DNA of 62,999 nucleotides, filler included, from Folioceros fuciformis (taxonomy: Eukaryota): assembly GCA_049999805.1 (NCBI GenBank). It is 14 parts of 14 records of this genome, joined end to end, with 100 filler letters (N's around TTAATTAATTAA, not from the genome) between each part and the next. Parts side by side here need not be neighbours in the genome. Positions count along the whole stretch, not along the records: positions 6,330 to 12,823 come from JBNGIO010003032.1; positions 12,924 to 18,556 come from JBNGIO010003033.1; positions 18,657 to 20,649 come from JBNGIO010003034.1; positions 20,750 to 27,072 come from JBNGIO010003036.1; 10 more parts are not named here. One strand, 5' to 3'. Under the pieces are notes generated by a model, which was not told where the DNA came from, made no database searches, and worked only from the letters and a program-made list of their open reading frames with translations. The first letter of the stretch is position 1. The number at the start of each line of letters is the position of its first letter. A program made the position numbers and the translations under genes. Of this stretch, positions 12,265 to 23,700 are shown one piece after another.

Positions 12265-12823
12265 TGTTGGAGATAAAGCCAACCTCTAGTTAAGTAACGA
12301 TCGTTAGGGTTAAGTGAAGCGTTATCTAGTCAATTATAAAAGACACAACTCAAACACTTTTTGCATTCATTTTTTTTTTTTTTATGAAAGTTTATCTTGT
12401 ACGCTCGTCAGATTACAAAAGAAACATGGTATCAGAGCTATGCTTGATCTACCATTTACATTTATAGAAAATGCCGAGATCAGGTAATCGCCGTATGAGG
12501 AGCAACCGTAGAAGTGTTCGTGGACGCGTTGAGGGCACCTACCCACAAAATCCACAATACCTACCTACGGAGACAGTGCTAGATCTCTACGAGCAGGATT
12601 ACTCGCATCTCTAGCTCAAAAACCTAGCCAATAGGCATTCTGGTCCAAACCACTCTCAACAGCGTAGATTTCCCTTTCCAAATCAGCGTACAGACGCTTT
12701 GTTCAAGGCACGCTATATACAGAGAGGACAAAATCCAGAACTGTTCTACAGGAGGCCGGAAATTCCTGGAGTCAAATCAATTCTTCAGGCTTCCAAATCT
12801 GTAGACAACAGGGAAAAGCGATC
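12265..12823 (+). mobile_element. 5' end of an LTR element: 162-bp LTR, iMet PBS, unclassified ORF
   Basis: TGTT at 12265 to AACA at 12426 with TATAAA and a T-tract; TGGTATCAGAGC at 12427-12438. An ORF runs from ATG 12471 (MPRSGNRRMRSNRR...) to the contig end with one TAG. Confidence 0.75.
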
Positions 12824-13612
12824 NNNNNNNNNNNNNNNNNNNNNNNNNNNNNNNNNNNNNNNNNNNNTTAATTAATTAANNNNNNNNNNNNNNNNNNNNN
12901 NNNNNNNNNNNNNNNNNNNNNNNGATTCTTCTTGGTGGCAAGTACCATTGTTCCCCTAACAAGAAGACGAAGAAGAAGAAGAAGGATAAGAAGAAGAAGA
13001 ATTGTATGATCGTGCACTTGAGGGCAGTTAGCTATGTGGGACTAGGTACTTCACAACTTTGTAGCTAGCCTAGCATGTTTTCCCTGCACCCCTGCACACT
13101 CTTCATGATGAGCACGTTGTACACGTGCTTTGCAGGGTCTCCTCAACGCCTTCTCCTTACTAATACTGCCGTATGTATATGATGCTGTACAGTGCAGGTG
13201 AAAGGACATTGGTAGCCAGTATGCCGAGGAGTATCAAGGCACAAGAGCTTGGCAGTTCCCAGGAAGCAGGTGAAACTAGCAACCCCAATCACAATCCAGG
13301 CAGTGCGACGCACATATCTAGACTTTTACTTAACGGCAATTCCTCGTCTAGTCACATCCAGGACCGTGTTGCCGTTTCGGCCTTCAAGATACCAACTGAC
13401 CCAACTGCGTGATGAGAAACAGAGACCGTGATACCATGGCTCGGTTAAAATGTCTTGGGGTATGTAGGTTGGCATGCACTTATCGTTGACAAGCCTTAGA
13501 TGAAATTCTTGTTGTTCTCATGGTGATTACCAAAATAATGGTACAAGTGAAATAAAGCGAAAGTTTAAAATTAAAAAAAAAAGTAAAAATTAAATCTAGA
13601 GCTGAAGCAAGT

Positions 13613-13687
13613 ATGCTTCTTGCTGCCTTTAGATTGGATGCTTCTTGCTGCCTTTAGATTGGATGCTTCTTGCTTCCTTTGGATTGG
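13613..13687. repeat. 25-bp tandem repeat x3
   Basis: ATGCTTCTTGCTGCCTTTAGATTGG at 13613, 13638 and 13663. Confidence 0.9.
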
Positions 13688-13748
13688 AAAGAAATGTTTG
13701 TTCCAGGTAATGTGTGTTTCAGGCAAAACCTCCTAAAAAGAATGGAGT

Positions 13749-14184
13749 TGTAATGACTACTAGTATTCTGAGATGAGTGGCGTGTATCATTCCCAGCTTT
13801 AGTAGTGGCTTAGCTGTGGAGTATAAATAGGCCAGTGTTAAGGTCTTAAGTACAGACACTGATACACAAAGAGAGAGAGGCAGACAGTGAGAAGTCTAGC
13901 CTTGAGACATAGCTGTGGAGGGCTTGAAGAGCAAGCTTGTCAGATTGAGTCTAAGGTAGTAGCCAGTGGGGCGTAGATCGCTAGACTCTTTTGTAAGTAT
14001 CTGGAATAAAGAGCAGCACTTAAAGGAGGTGGTCTGCGAGTCGTCAGTGGACAGCAGGCTACTTGGAGCCTAGTGCTGAGTCGTGTGAGAGGGAGTGAGT
14101 GATTTCTAAGTGGAGCGCTGCGGAGTGAATAGACGAGATTTGAGGCCGTTGCTTCTTTTTATGCTGCGTAAGGAATAGGTGTTG
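13749..14184 (+). mobile_element. Probable 3' LTR of an unassigned element, cut at its end by the next insertion
   Basis: Purine-rich AAAAAGAATGGAG precedes TGTAATG; TATAAATA at about 13822; AATAAA at about 14005; ends GGTGTTG, resembling an LTR terminus. Confidence 0.5.
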
Positions 14185-14833
14185 TGTTGTGCCGCTAAAC
14201 ATTGCACTCATGCATGGTTCATTAGTTAACAATACTCACATCACACCACATTACACACAAATGAAACACTGCATGATGGTGCTACAGCTCTATAAGAATG
14301 AAGCGTTTGCTTCCTTTAGACGCCACAAAATCTCCTCCACCTGCATCCACACTTCTCAGGGCTGTAACTTGGCTTCTTAAATCCTCGATGGGGTCACATG
14401 ATCTTGCACACTATGCACACGCACACCTCAACCGGATTTCCAACAAGAGAATGCTCCCTTAAGAGAAAGCCTATTCCCAAAAAGCAAGAGAATACAAGCT
14501 TACAGCTGTAGTGGACATCGCTGAGCTAGGCTTTTATGCCTGCTACCTCAGACCTGCTGCAGCCACATCCACACATCTAGTTGACTTTATATTATATTAT
14601 ATTTTCTCATAATATCCACTAAATAATTATTAATTACCACTAATGCCATTTATTAGCATCACTTAATTATTGACTAATTACTCTTTGCATGCATCTAAGC
14701 GATAGCACACAATCATGCTTGACAGCTGACGTGTTGTGCCGCTAAACATCGCACTCATGCATGGTTCAATAGTTAACAATACTCACACCACACCACATTA
14801 TACACAGATTAAACACTGCATGATGGTGCTGCA
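14185..14833 (-). repeat. 3' LTR of the PHD-Gypsy element, with a 102-bp direct repeat at both ends
   Basis: 14185-14286 matches 14732-14833. Minus-strand PPT GGGGGGATAGAGG abuts TG at 14833, and the minus strand ends CA at 14185. Confidence 0.75.
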
Positions 14834-14958
14834 CCTCTATCCCCCCTGCTGGTTAGTACTCTGTCATCACATATATGCTGCAGCACTACTACAACATATT
14901 AAGAATTCAAACATACATATAACTCCTAAACACAACATCAATCATCCATCAACTTGTA

Positions 14959-15974
14959 TCACATGTTAATGAAGATTAGGTTGCTAGCTCGTGGCTTTAG
15001 CAACTTTGCACAGTCTGGGCAAAACCAATCTTCTTGCGGTACTTCTTCTAAGGCTAGCTGTAGACAAAACAAGTGATACCCTTGATTGCAACGGTCGCAC
15101 AAGAGTATGGCATCTTCTTCATCTTTGACCACAAATGCGGCATTCCAAGTCCTTGGGTGGTATCCAAGTGTTAGGTCGTAGCTCTGGATCCAGATCTAGC
15201 AAATGACAAGGAGCTAGGTTCTTCAAATGATCTTGCCACCTTCGTCCATCAGATCCCTTTAGCTCCACCACCCCAGTGTCCTTGACAACAACCACACGTA
15301 GAATTGTGCGCCCAACACTACTATCAAGTGTATCCGAAGGTTGTTGAGCCAAGTATACGTAATCACCAGATTCAAATCGACGCTCTTTGGGCTTCCAACT
15401 TCCTCCTTTTGTATAAGCATAGGGCAGTCTATCCCTATGTTGTGCAATGGTCAAATTTTCCATTGCCACTGGCATTATATGCTGAAACAATATTGCCCAT
15501 CTTTGCAATTATCTCATGCAACCATCCACATCTTGCCAGGTTATTAGTCTTTCCATAGCGGCTTGCTGCACATCAGGCAATTGTGGATGTCTCCCAAACA
15601 ATAGAAAATACGGAGAAAAGTTGGCAAGCGCGGCTTGAGTGCTTACCTGATAGCCTAGCAACATGTATGGCACCACTTCATCCCAATCTTTTGTGCTATT
15701 TTGCAAGCAATACTTCTGTAAGGCACGCTTGATAGTTTGCACTCCCCTTTCAACCAAACCATCTGCTTGCGGATGATCCCTGCTTGTGCGACGATGATCA
15801 ATGAGCGCCTTGTCCATAAGCTGTTGAAATTCCCCTCTAAACTCCGATCCTTGACCCGTCACAACTTTAGCACATGCACCAAACCTTGACAACACACATT
15901 GCAAAAATGCCTGGCTTGTGTTATACGACGTCTTCTCATGAAAAACAGCAACTTCAATCCATTTGGAGAAGTAC
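14959..15974 (-). pseudogene. Ty3/Gypsy integrase with C-terminal PHD finger
   Basis: rve core (YFSKWIEV, GQGSEFRGEF, HPQADGLVER, SPYFLLFGRHP) and an SH3-like segment (FESGDYVYL). Then, across a frameshift at about 15121: CRICGQ-DEEDAILLCDRCNQGYHLFCLQLALEEVPQEDWFCPDC (C4HC3). Confidence 0.9.
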
Positions 15975-16206
15975 TGGGCACTTAGAGAGGTGCAGTTGAC
16001 TGCTGGACAGCGAGGACTGTCCTACGCATGATCGAAGCTGGAGGGGAGCCCTCAAATCCGTCATCAAGTCGATTGAGTCCGAAGCAGCTAGGAACCTCAT
16101 CGCTCCTTCGTGGGAACGAAACCCAATGTCTCAACGACAGTGGGATAAGTGTGGCCGCTAAAGGTTGAACCCGTTGGCAAACAGTGCCCGGGGTTTTGCC
16201 ACCACA
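15975..16206 (-). mobile_element. Truncated LTR of high-copy family G (subfamily A)
   Basis: Reverse complement of TGTGGTGGCAAAACCCCGGGCAC..., matching 25603 onward. Terminus abuts Tork-like coding sequence at 16207. Confidence 0.9.
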
Positions 16207-17350
16207 AGAACCTTTGGAGATCTTCCAAGAACGATCTCCAAACCAACAGTGGTAGCCAGCGTCATCCAACTGCCCTGCGCTAATCATGCTTTTGGTCAAC
16301 TTCGGAACATGCCAAACATCCTTCAGTACAAATGAAGATCCATTGTCGAATGTCAGCTGCACATCTCGCAAGCGTAGTTATTTTCAAGCCGAACACATGC
16401 TTTCCTAGTAGCATCATAAGTGCTAAACCACTCCCTATGCGGAGGAACATAGAAAGATGTTCCAGAGTCAATTATCCAATTAGAGAATAAGTGACTCTCC
16501 ACGGCTGTCAGTTGTGCAGAATCGAAGGAAGAAGAGGTAAGAACATCTCCATCATCAACAGAGTTCACCTCGTCATGCTTGACACTCAGACTTTCCTTGT
16601 TGTCGCTCTGCTTCTTCTCCTTTCCTTTGTCCTTCTTGAACTTCTCGCAATCCCTTCTGATGTGACCCTTCTTGTGACAATAGTAACACTCAACATTATT
16701 ACGACTACGAGACTTACTACGGGAACGACTTTGCTCCTTGTACTTCCCCTTTGAAGTGGACCTTCCTCTCACCATGAGGGCATTGGAACCTTTCAAAGGT
16801 TCCATGTTCTTCCTGTTCACCTCTTTGTTAACACGCTACCTTCTACATTTACAACGGTAAGACCACTAGCAGGAGCGGAATTACTCAGAGCTGTGCGAAA
16901 CGTGTCCTAACTCTCTGGTAATGTGACCAACAGGAACATAACTCTCACGGCATCTGGGAACGAGATACCTTGAGATGAGAGCTGGCTGAAAATGGTATTG
17001 AACTCATTAACATGATTAGACATCCTCGTCCCTTCCTTCATCTTCAAGTCCACCAGGTGTTCCAACCAATACACCTGAGAAGCCGCACTTTGCTTCTCGT
17101 ACAGGTCACACAACTTCTGCCATAGCTCATAACTTATGGTCTTGTCTTTCATGTTGAAGTAGACCAACTTTGACAATGTTAGCATGATGGTAGACCTAGC
17201 AAGCTCATCTCGATCCTGCCACTCATCCTGAGTCATGCTAACGAGTTTCACTCCTAGCAACTTGATGGGCCTGATCCCGCGTATGCTTACGATACCCGCG
17301 CCGCGACTGGCCCTACTGGCCCAGCTGGCCTCGTCCACGTCGTCCACTGG
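16207..17350 (-). mobile_element. Tnt1/Tork-like Copia fragment (5' UTR, gag, protease), internally deleted
   Basis: Homologous to about 52930-54380 (ELWQKLCDLYEKQ, CYYCHKKGHIRRDC, WIIDSGTS). About 300 bp deleted at about 17275. Confidence 0.92.
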
Positions 17351-18480
17351 TGTGGAGGCAAAACCCCGGGCACTGATTGCCGACGGGTTCCACCTTTAGT
17401 GGCCACACTTATCCCACTGTCGTTGAGACATTCAGTTTCGTTCCCACGAAGGAGCGATGGGGTTCCTTGCTGCTGTGGATGGAGGGTCGGACTTGATCAA
17501 CTCAATGATGGATTCGAGGGCTCCCCTCCAGCTCCGATCAGGCGTAGGACAGGCCTCGCTGTCCAACGGTCAGCTGCACCTCTCTCGGTGCCCACAAACT
17601 CACTCCAGCCACTACAACGACTCTAACCTCTCAGATCTGCGACTTCCTTCACTCACTTCACTCACTCTCTCGTTCCAGCACCAACACCAACAACTACCAG
17701 CAACCAGCAACGACACCACTACCTTCTACACTTCCCTACGGACTCCTCCTACCCGGCAAGAGTCACTAGACTAACCCCAAACAAAAGGACGAAGGGAACA
17801 CACTCCCCTCTTGGGTATCTCCTCCCCACAACCTTACCAGACGCCATGAGACATGGCCGGCCTACAGCACTTGACCAAGCAAGGAACAAGAGTGGACAGG
17901 TTGAGAGAAAGACACACCCTTTACAATCAAGAGCTAGGGGCAAGCCCCTACACCCTGGTCATTACACCTTGTGATCCTACCAGACACTATACAACCGGCA
18001 ACACGCTGCCCGCGATCCTACCAGACACTGTACAGCCGGCAACACACGGCTTGCGATCCTACCAGACGTTGCACAGTCGGCAACACACTGCAGGCCCTAA
18101 ACCAAGCAGGGACAGACCACAAGAGCTCAAGAAGAGGGGACCTCCAAGAGCTCACAAAGAGATAGACTGACTCCCAAAGTGAATGACTCCCTCCTCCTAC
18201 AGGCTCACCTGATCTTATAGGAGCCTCTCTCTCTCTCTGACTTCACCTCTCTCTAACTTGAGAAATATTATTTTAATAGCCTAGCCGGCTGTCACCAGCC
18301 ACTTATTTAGACTTCTAGCACAACCTGCCACCAATGAGCCCCTGGCCCTACCACCACAAGGATCTACCACCTCTTAGACTATCTAGAGACTTTGGAGGAT
18401 GTCTGATCTTCAAAGGTTTGCGGACGCCGCCTCTTCCTTGCTGGATGGTTGCCAGCTAAGTCTTCCCCTGCAATTGTTCA
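17351..18480. mobile_element. LTR of family G (subfamily B), about 1.1 kb; far end approximate
   Basis: Starts TGTGGAGGCAAAACC; very similar to 26145-27072; contains three ~41-bp internal repeats (GATCCTACCAGAC...). Confidence 0.85.
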
Positions 18481-18656
18481 CCCTTGGTGGCTGAGCCAGC
18501 CTCTAGGGAAGAAGCATGAGCAATGGGAAAGATAGAGAAGAGGTGGGAAGGAGTGGNNNNNNNNNNNNNNNNNNNNNNNNNNNNNNNNNNNNNNNNNNNN
18601 TTAATTAATTAANNNNNNNNNNNNNNNNNNNNNNNNNNNNNNNNNNNNNNNNNNNN

Positions 18657-19355
18657 GCTGTCATGAGGGCCTCAGCCCAATAGCGAAGGGGCAGAGAAGC
18701 TTGATGAAGCATAGAGGAAGTCATTTCCTGCAAGGTCATATTCAAGTGTTCTGCCACACCATTTTGCTGTGGTGTATATACAATTGTGAGTTGCCTTCCT
18801 ATTCCCTCTGCTGTACGAAAAGATTGGAATTCACTAGAAGTAAATTCACCTCCATTATCTGATTTGAGGGTTTTTAACTGCTTGCCAGTCCAGCGTTCTG
18901 TGTACTTCATATATCCTTTGAAAAGAGAAAAGCATTCACTTTTGGCTTTGAGGATATAAGCAATGACAAACCTTGTTTTGTCATCTGTGAATGTCAGGAA
19001 ATATTTGCCTCCACCAATTGAAGGCAGTGAGAGAGGTCCACAGATGTCTGTGTGAACCAGCTCAAGAACTTATGAAGCCCTGTAGGGAGCTTTATTCTTA
19101 AAAGCTGCCTGATGACGTTTGGAGAAAACACAGGCTTCACAAAGAGGTAAGGGTGGCAATGTGCCAATTTTTCCATCAGCATACAGGTCACTGTGTGCAA
19201 GTTTCTGTAACTTAGCACTATGTGGGTGACCTAGGCGAGCATGCCATAATTTAGCTTTGTCTTCTAACTTACTAGTAGATTCTGTAGACTTAGAAGCTAA
19301 ATGTGTTTGTGCTGTATGGTTGTCTGTATGCAGACGGAAGAGGTCATGTGAGGAT
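18657..19355 (-). pseudogene. Copia integrase fragment (GAG-pre-int + rve)
   Basis: LWHARLGHP, CEACVFSK, LKSDNGGEF, PQQNGVAE, YWAEA. Confidence 0.9.
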
Positions 19356-19356
19356 G

Positions 19357-20649
19357 ACCCACTTCGATCCACGAGCTACCACAAGAGAACCTTTGGAGAT
19401 CTTCCAAGAACGATCTCCAAACCAACAATGGTAGTCAGCGTCATCTAAGTGCCCTGCACTAATCATGCTTTTGGTCAACTTCGGAACATGCCTAACATCC
19501 TTCAGTATGAATGAAGATCCATTGTCAAACTTCATCTGCACATCACCAACGCCTGCAATCTCGCATGCGTAGTTATTTCCAAGCCGAACACATCCTTTCC
19601 TAATAGCATCATAAGTGCTAAACCACTCCCTATGCGGAGTAACATGGAAAGATGCTCCAGAGTCAATTATCCAATTAGAGAATAAGTGACTCTCCACGGC
19701 TGTCAGTTGTGCAGAATCGAAGGAAGAAGAGATAAGAACAAGTCCATCGTCAAAAAAATTCACCTCGTTAGGCTTGATACTTGGACTTGCCTTGTTGTTG
19801 CTCTACTTCTTCTCCTTTCCTTTGTCCTTCTTGATCTTCTCGCAATCCTTCCTGATGTGACCCTTCTTGTGGCAATGATAACACTCAACATTGTTACGAT
19901 TACGAGGTTTGCTACGGGAAGAACTTCACTCCTTGTTCTTCCCCTTTAAAGTGGACCTTCCTCTCACCATGAGGGTATTGGAACCTTTCAAAGGTTCCAT
20001 ATTCTTCCTGTTCACCTCCTCTGTTAACAGGCTACCTTCTACATTTACAATGGTAAGACCACTGGCAGGAGCGAAATTACTCATAGCTGTACGAAAGGTG
20101 TCCTAGCTCTCTGGTAATGTGACCAACAAAAACATAGCTCTCACCGAATCTGGGAACGAGATACCTTGAGATGAGAGCTGGCTGAAAATTGTATTGAACT
20201 CGTTCAGATGATCGGACATCCTCGTCTCTTCCTTCATCTTCAAGTCCACCAGCTGTTTCAACCAGTACACTTGAGAAGCTGCACTTTGCTTCTCATACAG
20301 GTCACACAGCTTCAGCCATAGCTCGTAACTTGTGGTCTTGTCTTTAACATTGAAGTAGACCGACTTTGACCATATTAGCATGATGATAGACCTAGCAAGC
20401 TCATCTAGATCCTACTACTCATCCTGAGTCATGCTAACAGGTTTCACTCCTAGCAACTTTATCGGATTGATTTGCTTCTTGTGGACTAGAACATTATACA
20501 CTTGTTCTTTCCAGAACGGGAAGTTAGTACCATCTAACTTCTCGATATTGAACATGACATTTTCTGAGGACGCCATGTTTCAAAATCAATGCAAATGTCA
20601 GAGCAAAGTAAAATGCTTTGTTCATATGGAAGTGTCTTACAACAACAAT
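19357..20649 (-). mobile_element. Tnt1/Tork-like Copia fragment (gag-protease)
   Basis: Homologous to about 52900-54130; gag begins MASSENVMFNIEKLDGTNFPFWK; WIIDSGASFHV. Confidence 0.92.
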
Positions 20650-20749
20650 NNNNNNNNNNNNNNNNNNNNNNNNNNNNNNNNNNNNNNNNNNNNTTAATTA
20701 ATTAANNNNNNNNNNNNNNNNNNNNNNNNNNNNNNNNNNNNNNNNNNNN

Positions 20750-23700
20750 CTAGCTTTGCAACATCTCAATTTGGTCTTATAAACTAGAGCAAGGCTACCG
20801 TCGCCCTTGGAATGGGTAGGGAAGTAACCCTTACTGACGTAATAGCAAGCTTACTCGCTGAAGAAGTGCATCGTGATGCACATAAGAAGTCTTCGGCAGG
20901 CTCTTACGCCAGCGGACCCAAAGCTTTGTTTGCCTCCAAAGGCAAGTTCAAGAAACCCAAAAGATCTACAAGCGTTAACTATAATGGTCAGGTCTCAAAC
21001 AATAATCCTCGAAAGAATCAAAAGGGACCCTGCAATTGGTCCAGGATCCCTGCACACTGGGAAAAGGAATGTCGCAAAAAACAAACTGGCGAGCTCCGAA
21101 AGCCCCAACAACCAGAATCTTATATGGCCTCAACCTCGAAACTGACGGTTCTGGTCAGCAGCCTACCAGCCTCTGCAACTCTTTGCAAAACTGGTGCCTG
21201 GTTTCTGGATAGTGGTGCCACTCACCATGTATGTAACTGCGAGCAAGCCTTTGACTCCCTTCAAAGATTCGACCAAGGACACGATTTAGTGGCTAGCAAC
21301 AAATCTTCCTGCAAAAATGTAGGCGTAGGCTCTATGACTCTCATAAATTCTTCTGGACGACTGTTTGCTTTCAAACAAGTCCTTTACGTGCCAACCATGA
21401 TCAAAAACCTGGTCAGTGTCTCCAAGTTGCTACATATTGGAGACTATTTGATTCATTTCACCAAAGGAGGATGTAGAGTTTTAAACAAGCCTGACCGCAA
21501 ACCCCTATTATCAGGACAACTTATGGAGGACCTATACAAGCTCGATTTGTATTTTTACTTACCTCCACAGCAATGCTAATCACTTCACAAGCAAGTCAGG
21601 GTCTTGTAGACCCTTCCGCGCTCTGGCATGCCAAGCTCGGCCATGAGAGTTATAAACGACTTGCTGAACTATCCAACAAGGACCTCTACCGGCATAAGAT
21701 GCCCACCTTGACAGATATTCTGTTATGTGATGCTTGTGCAAAAGGCAAGATTAAGCAAACACCTTATTCTAAGATGTTCTCATACAGAGCCTCAGCGCCG
21801 CTAGAACTTGTACACGCAGATCTATGCGGACCTATCTGAACACCTTCCTTTGGAGGCTCCATCTAGTTTATGCTGTTTGTTGATGACTACTTGCAAATGA
21901 CATTCACTTATTTTCTACAAAAGAAAAGCCAAGCGCTTTAGACCTTTCAAGAGTATCTGTCAATGGCAGATAGAACATTCCCTCAAACAGTTACGCACAA
22001 ATGGCGCTAGCGAATTAAACTCCAACGCATTCATTGCATTCTGCTCAGAGCGTGGTATTGTCAAACAGGTTATAGTTCCACACTCCTCTACCATGAACGG
22101 GGTGGCTGAAAATAAATATCAAGTCCTACAGTATTTCACATGCACAATGCTACTGCAGGCTGGTTTGAGCAAACACTACTGGGCAGAGGCAGTTGATACA
22201 GCCAATTACATTCTCAATCGGTTACCCTCTGTGGCTATCGGCGATCAAATTCCATTTACCTTATGGACTGGCCCTAAGCCTTCCTTAGCAGACATACGTG
22301 TGTTTGGATCACCCAACTATGTGTATGTCCCATCCGCTTTGCGTACAAAGTTTGACGCTAGATTTGAGCAGTATATACTTGTTGGATACATGGAAGGCAT
22401 GAAGGCTTATAAGTTGCTACATCCTACCACACACACTCCTCGGTTCGCACATAGTGTGCTCATCAACGAAGCCGCAGTACTTCAGCCCCATCAGGCTTCG
22501 TCTACGGAATCAACCTATGTACATTTTGAACCTGCTGATGTGCACGAGCCTAGGGGAGAATTATTGCAGTCGCTATCTACTAACATATTACCTTTTTCAA
22601 ACTCAATGGGAGTACAATCTTCAGCTGCCGCTTCAACGACCTCTACAATACCTACGACAGTTTCACCCACTGTCAATACACCATTCGCGACTATACCATT
22701 AGCTGCACCCCCCAAAATTGACACGGATTCTGAGACTACTGAGTTTATGAATGAAAGAGACTATTCAGCTCAACAAACTAACCACGAAGATTCACCTGAT
22801 GATGATGTCACTGATGCTACACCTGCTGATAAGGAGTCTCAAGTACTTGAACTCGAATTACTTCCTCTAAGGAGGTCTTCCAGACACCACACTAGAAATA
22901 GGCAAGAATGGGTACAGCCCCGTTTAGTCCTACAAATTGTTGGAACAATAATGAACCAAGTACTGCAATCGCAACTGTGTCGGCTCTTAGCTCTCATCAG
23001 GACAGTGACTCCACAATGAAGACTGATTCGGGACATTTAGCACAAATTCTTATAGAAGCATCAGAAGTCTCAGGGACCCTCAATTGGGATGAGGCTATGA
23101 ACAGTCCAGAGAAGGACAACTGGATCAAAGCTGCAGACAAAGAATATGCTTCCCTCATGGAAAACAAAACCTGGATACTTGAAGAGCCTCCACCGGGCCG
23201 CAGAGCAATCGACTCCAAATGGGTTTTTAAAAAGAAGTTCAAAGCATATGGAACTATCAAAAGATTCAAAGCCAGATTTGTTGCTAGGGGGTTTCGACAA
23301 CAGAATGGAATTGACTACCTTGAACATGAATTGTACTCTCTAGTGGTTTGAACTTCAACAGTAAGATTTCTACTTGCTCTGACTGCTAAGCTTAATCTAG
23401 AGCTCGAGCACATGGATGTCACCAAAGCATTCCTCTATGGCGACCTGGAAGAGACAATCTATGTTACCCAACCTCAAGGGTACGTGCAAAAGAAGCAGGA
23501 ACAGAAAGCTTGCAAATTACTCAAGGCCCTTTACGGTTTCAAACAGGCTCCGAGAGTGTGGTATAACAGAATCAATGCTTACCTACTGTCTCTTGGGTTT
23601 GTCAATGCAGACTCCGATCCTAACATGTACGTCTTACTGAATGACTGTGGCATGGTCATAATTGCGTTATACATAGATGATCTAATGGTTGTTGCAACCA

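Noticed and set aside
14189-14969. Duplicated small ORFs MPLNIALMHGS...
   Set aside because: Translations of the 102-bp LTR repeat from GTG starts.
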